Origin: Macrostomum lignano | Taxonomy: Eukaryota | Length of the DNA stretch: 43,696 nt | Assembly: GCA_002269645.1 (NCBI GenBank) | Contig: NIVC01001573.1 | Span: 222,802-266,497, forward strand | Direction: 5' to 3' | Shown here: positions 42,037-43,696 of the stretch, one piece after another | Numbering within the stretch: position 1 is the stretch's first letter | How the letters are laid out: each line of letters starts with the position of its first letter | Translations under genes and position numbers: made by a program | The notes under the pieces: generated by a model | What the model saw: only the letters and a program-made list of their open reading frames with translations | Databases searched by the model: none | What the model was told of the DNA's origin: nothing

Positions 42037-42494
42037 CGCGGCACCTCAACGGCAAGCGCAGAGCTCCCCATCAGCTGCATCTCCTCCTTCCCTCCTCCCG
42101 CAGACGGTAATCTGTGAGATCTGCTGCCAGAGCCGGCCCTATAGCGGCATGGTCGGCAGCGGCTGCGCCCACGTGTTCTGCGTGGACTGCTACCGCTCCT
42201 ATGTCGCTCAGCGGATGCTCCAGGCCGGCCAGTTCGAGGGCCTGCAGTGCCCCGCGTTCGATTGCCGCGCCCTACTTGACGACCAGCTGGTGCTGCGCCT
42301 GCTTGAGGGCTCCCGCGAAGCTGCGCGGCCAGTTCCAGAAGGCGCTGGTCACCAACTTTGTCACCTGCAACCGCCGGCTGGCCTTCTGCCCCGGGGCCGA
42401 CTGCGAGTGCGTTGTGCGCCTGCTTGACGACGCCGTGCGCGCCTGCCGAGTCACCTGCCGCTGCGGCAAGACCTTCTGCTTCGCCTGCGCTCAG
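42037..42494 (+). CDS. ARIH1: Ariadne RBR ligase exon 3 (RING1 and IBR; frameshift near 42311-42314)
   Basis: CEICC...GCAHVFCVDCYRSYV...LQCPAFDC, then after a 1-nt shift KLRGQFQKALVTNFVTCNRRLAFCPGADC...CRCGKTFCFACAQ. The donor is CAG|GTGAGA. The 5' acceptor at 42037 is inferred from phase. Confidence 0.8.
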
Positions 42495-42509
42495 GTGAGA
42501 CTACGAAAT

Positions 42510-43060
42510 CCGCTCCCGACCCTAGATCCGCTCCCGACCCTAGATCCGCCCCCGACCTAGATCTTCCCGCCCCGATCCTAGATCTTCCCCCGATCCTATA
42601 TATTCCCGCCCCGACCCTATATCTTCCCGCCCCGACCCTAGATCTTCCCCGACCCTAGAGCTTCCCCTTGACCCTAGATCTTCCCCCTGACCCTAGAGCT
42701 TCCCCTGACCCTAAATCTTCCCCCGACCCTAGATCTTCCCCCCGACCCTAGATCTTCCCCGGAACCTAGAGCTTCCCCCGACCCTAGAGCTTCCCCTTGA
42801 CCCTAGATCTTCCCCTGACCCTAGATCTTCCCCCTGACCCTAGATCTTACCGCCCGACCCTAGATCTTACCGCCCCGACCCTAGATCTTACCGCCCCGAC
42901 CCTAGATCTTCCCCGGACCCTAGATCTTCCCCCGACCCTAGAGCTTCCCCCCCTGACCCTAGATCTTCCCCCCGACCCTAGATCTTACCGCCCCGACCCT
43001 AGATCTTCCCCGGACCTTAGATCTTCCCCCTGACCTAGATCCGCCCCACCTTAGATCTGC
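42510..43060. repeat. About 18-19-bp minisatellite (GACCCTAGATCTTCCCC) in ARIH intron 3
   Basis: About 30 variable units, decaying towards 43200. Confidence 0.92.
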
Positions 43061-43316
43061 TCCGGCCTTAGATTCACCCAAAACCTAATTACGCCCCACA
43101 ACAAATCCGCTCCCACTAAAAAAATGTCCCACACTGAATCCGCCCCCGAACTTGATCCGCCCCAGCCTTCGTGTAGATCCGCCCAATCCTGGATTATTCC
43201 ATCTCTAAACCTGCTGGCAGTCCCCGCTAGCCCACAATCCGGCCAGCCCACCGTCAGCGATTCCCCTACTCGCTCACCTAACCACCATTTCGCCCGTTCG
43301 CTGCCTCCTCCAACAG

Positions 43317-43561
43317 GACTGGCACGAGCCCATCAGCTGCTCCATGCTGCGCCGCTGGCAGCAGAAGAACGCAGGCGAATCGATGAGCACGCAGTGGTTC
43401 ATGGCCAACACCAAGGAGTGCCCGAAATGCCACGCAACAATAGAAAAGAACGGCGGCTGCAATCACATGAAATGCCGCAATGCCACCTGCAATCACGAAT
43501 TCTGCTGGGTCTGCATGGACGACTGGCAGCCGCACGGCAAAGAGTGGTACAACTGCAATCG
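43317..43561 (+). CDS. ARIH1: Ariadne RBR ligase exon 4 (IBR end, RING2/Rcat); the gene continues beyond the window
   Basis: Acceptor CAACAG|GAC; DWHEPISC...[53 protein letters not shown] matches ARIH1 [24 protein letters not shown]...FCWVC...WYNCNR. The donor is CG|GTGAGA. Confidence 0.93.
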
Positions 43562-43696
43562 GTGAGACTTTAGTAAACTACTGTTAGTAGCCATAACCTA
43601 AAATCAGCGCCCCCTCATTGGAGAACCAACAAATAATGGAATACATTTTTTAATAAACTAATATGTAGCTTTTCACCTCAGCCTTGACATCTCAAA

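Noticed and set aside
3536-43060. Tandem arrays as CRISPR arrays
   Set aside because: Units are head-to-tail without unique spacers, no cas genes are present, and the context is eukaryotic and intron-containing.

Overview
Eukaryotic (animal) genomic DNA with GT-AG introns, GC-rich exons and many 18-56 bp minisatellites; the style resembles a free-living flatworm such as Macrostomum (inference only). The core is a plus-strand ubiquitin-signalling cluster. It starts with an intact 3-exon HOIP/RNF31 (LUBAC catalytic subunit; PUB-like, B-box, NZF x2, UBA-like, RING1-IBR-RING2-LDD). Five HOIP-related units follow. One is an intronless paralog that lacks the IBR and has the RING2 catalytic Cys replaced by Ala while keeping RING1 and the LDD. 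Two are B-box/NZF/coiled-coil/IBR proteins, and two are NZF-like/coiled-coil exons. The cluster ends with an intronless RagA/B GTPase and the 5' four exons of an Ariadne (ARIH1-like) RBR ligase. To the left are two duplicated, minus-strand, 2-exon genes that the ORF track does not show in spliced form. Each encodes a 76-aa secreted precursor ending in a basic cleavage site and a disulfide-loop peptide (FCSSIYHPLSCFGLGG / FCSDYHPLSCFGLGG, allatostatin-C-like). Mobile DNA comprises a decayed LINE RT fragment, a 5'-truncated Penelope-like element (inverted pLTR, hammerhead motif, 15-bp TSD), an internally deleted Tc1/mariner element and two tRNA-derived SINEs. Several single-base frameshifts, mostly in or near homopolymer runs, may be assembly errors. 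All domain calls come from motif recognition by eye; no searches were run.
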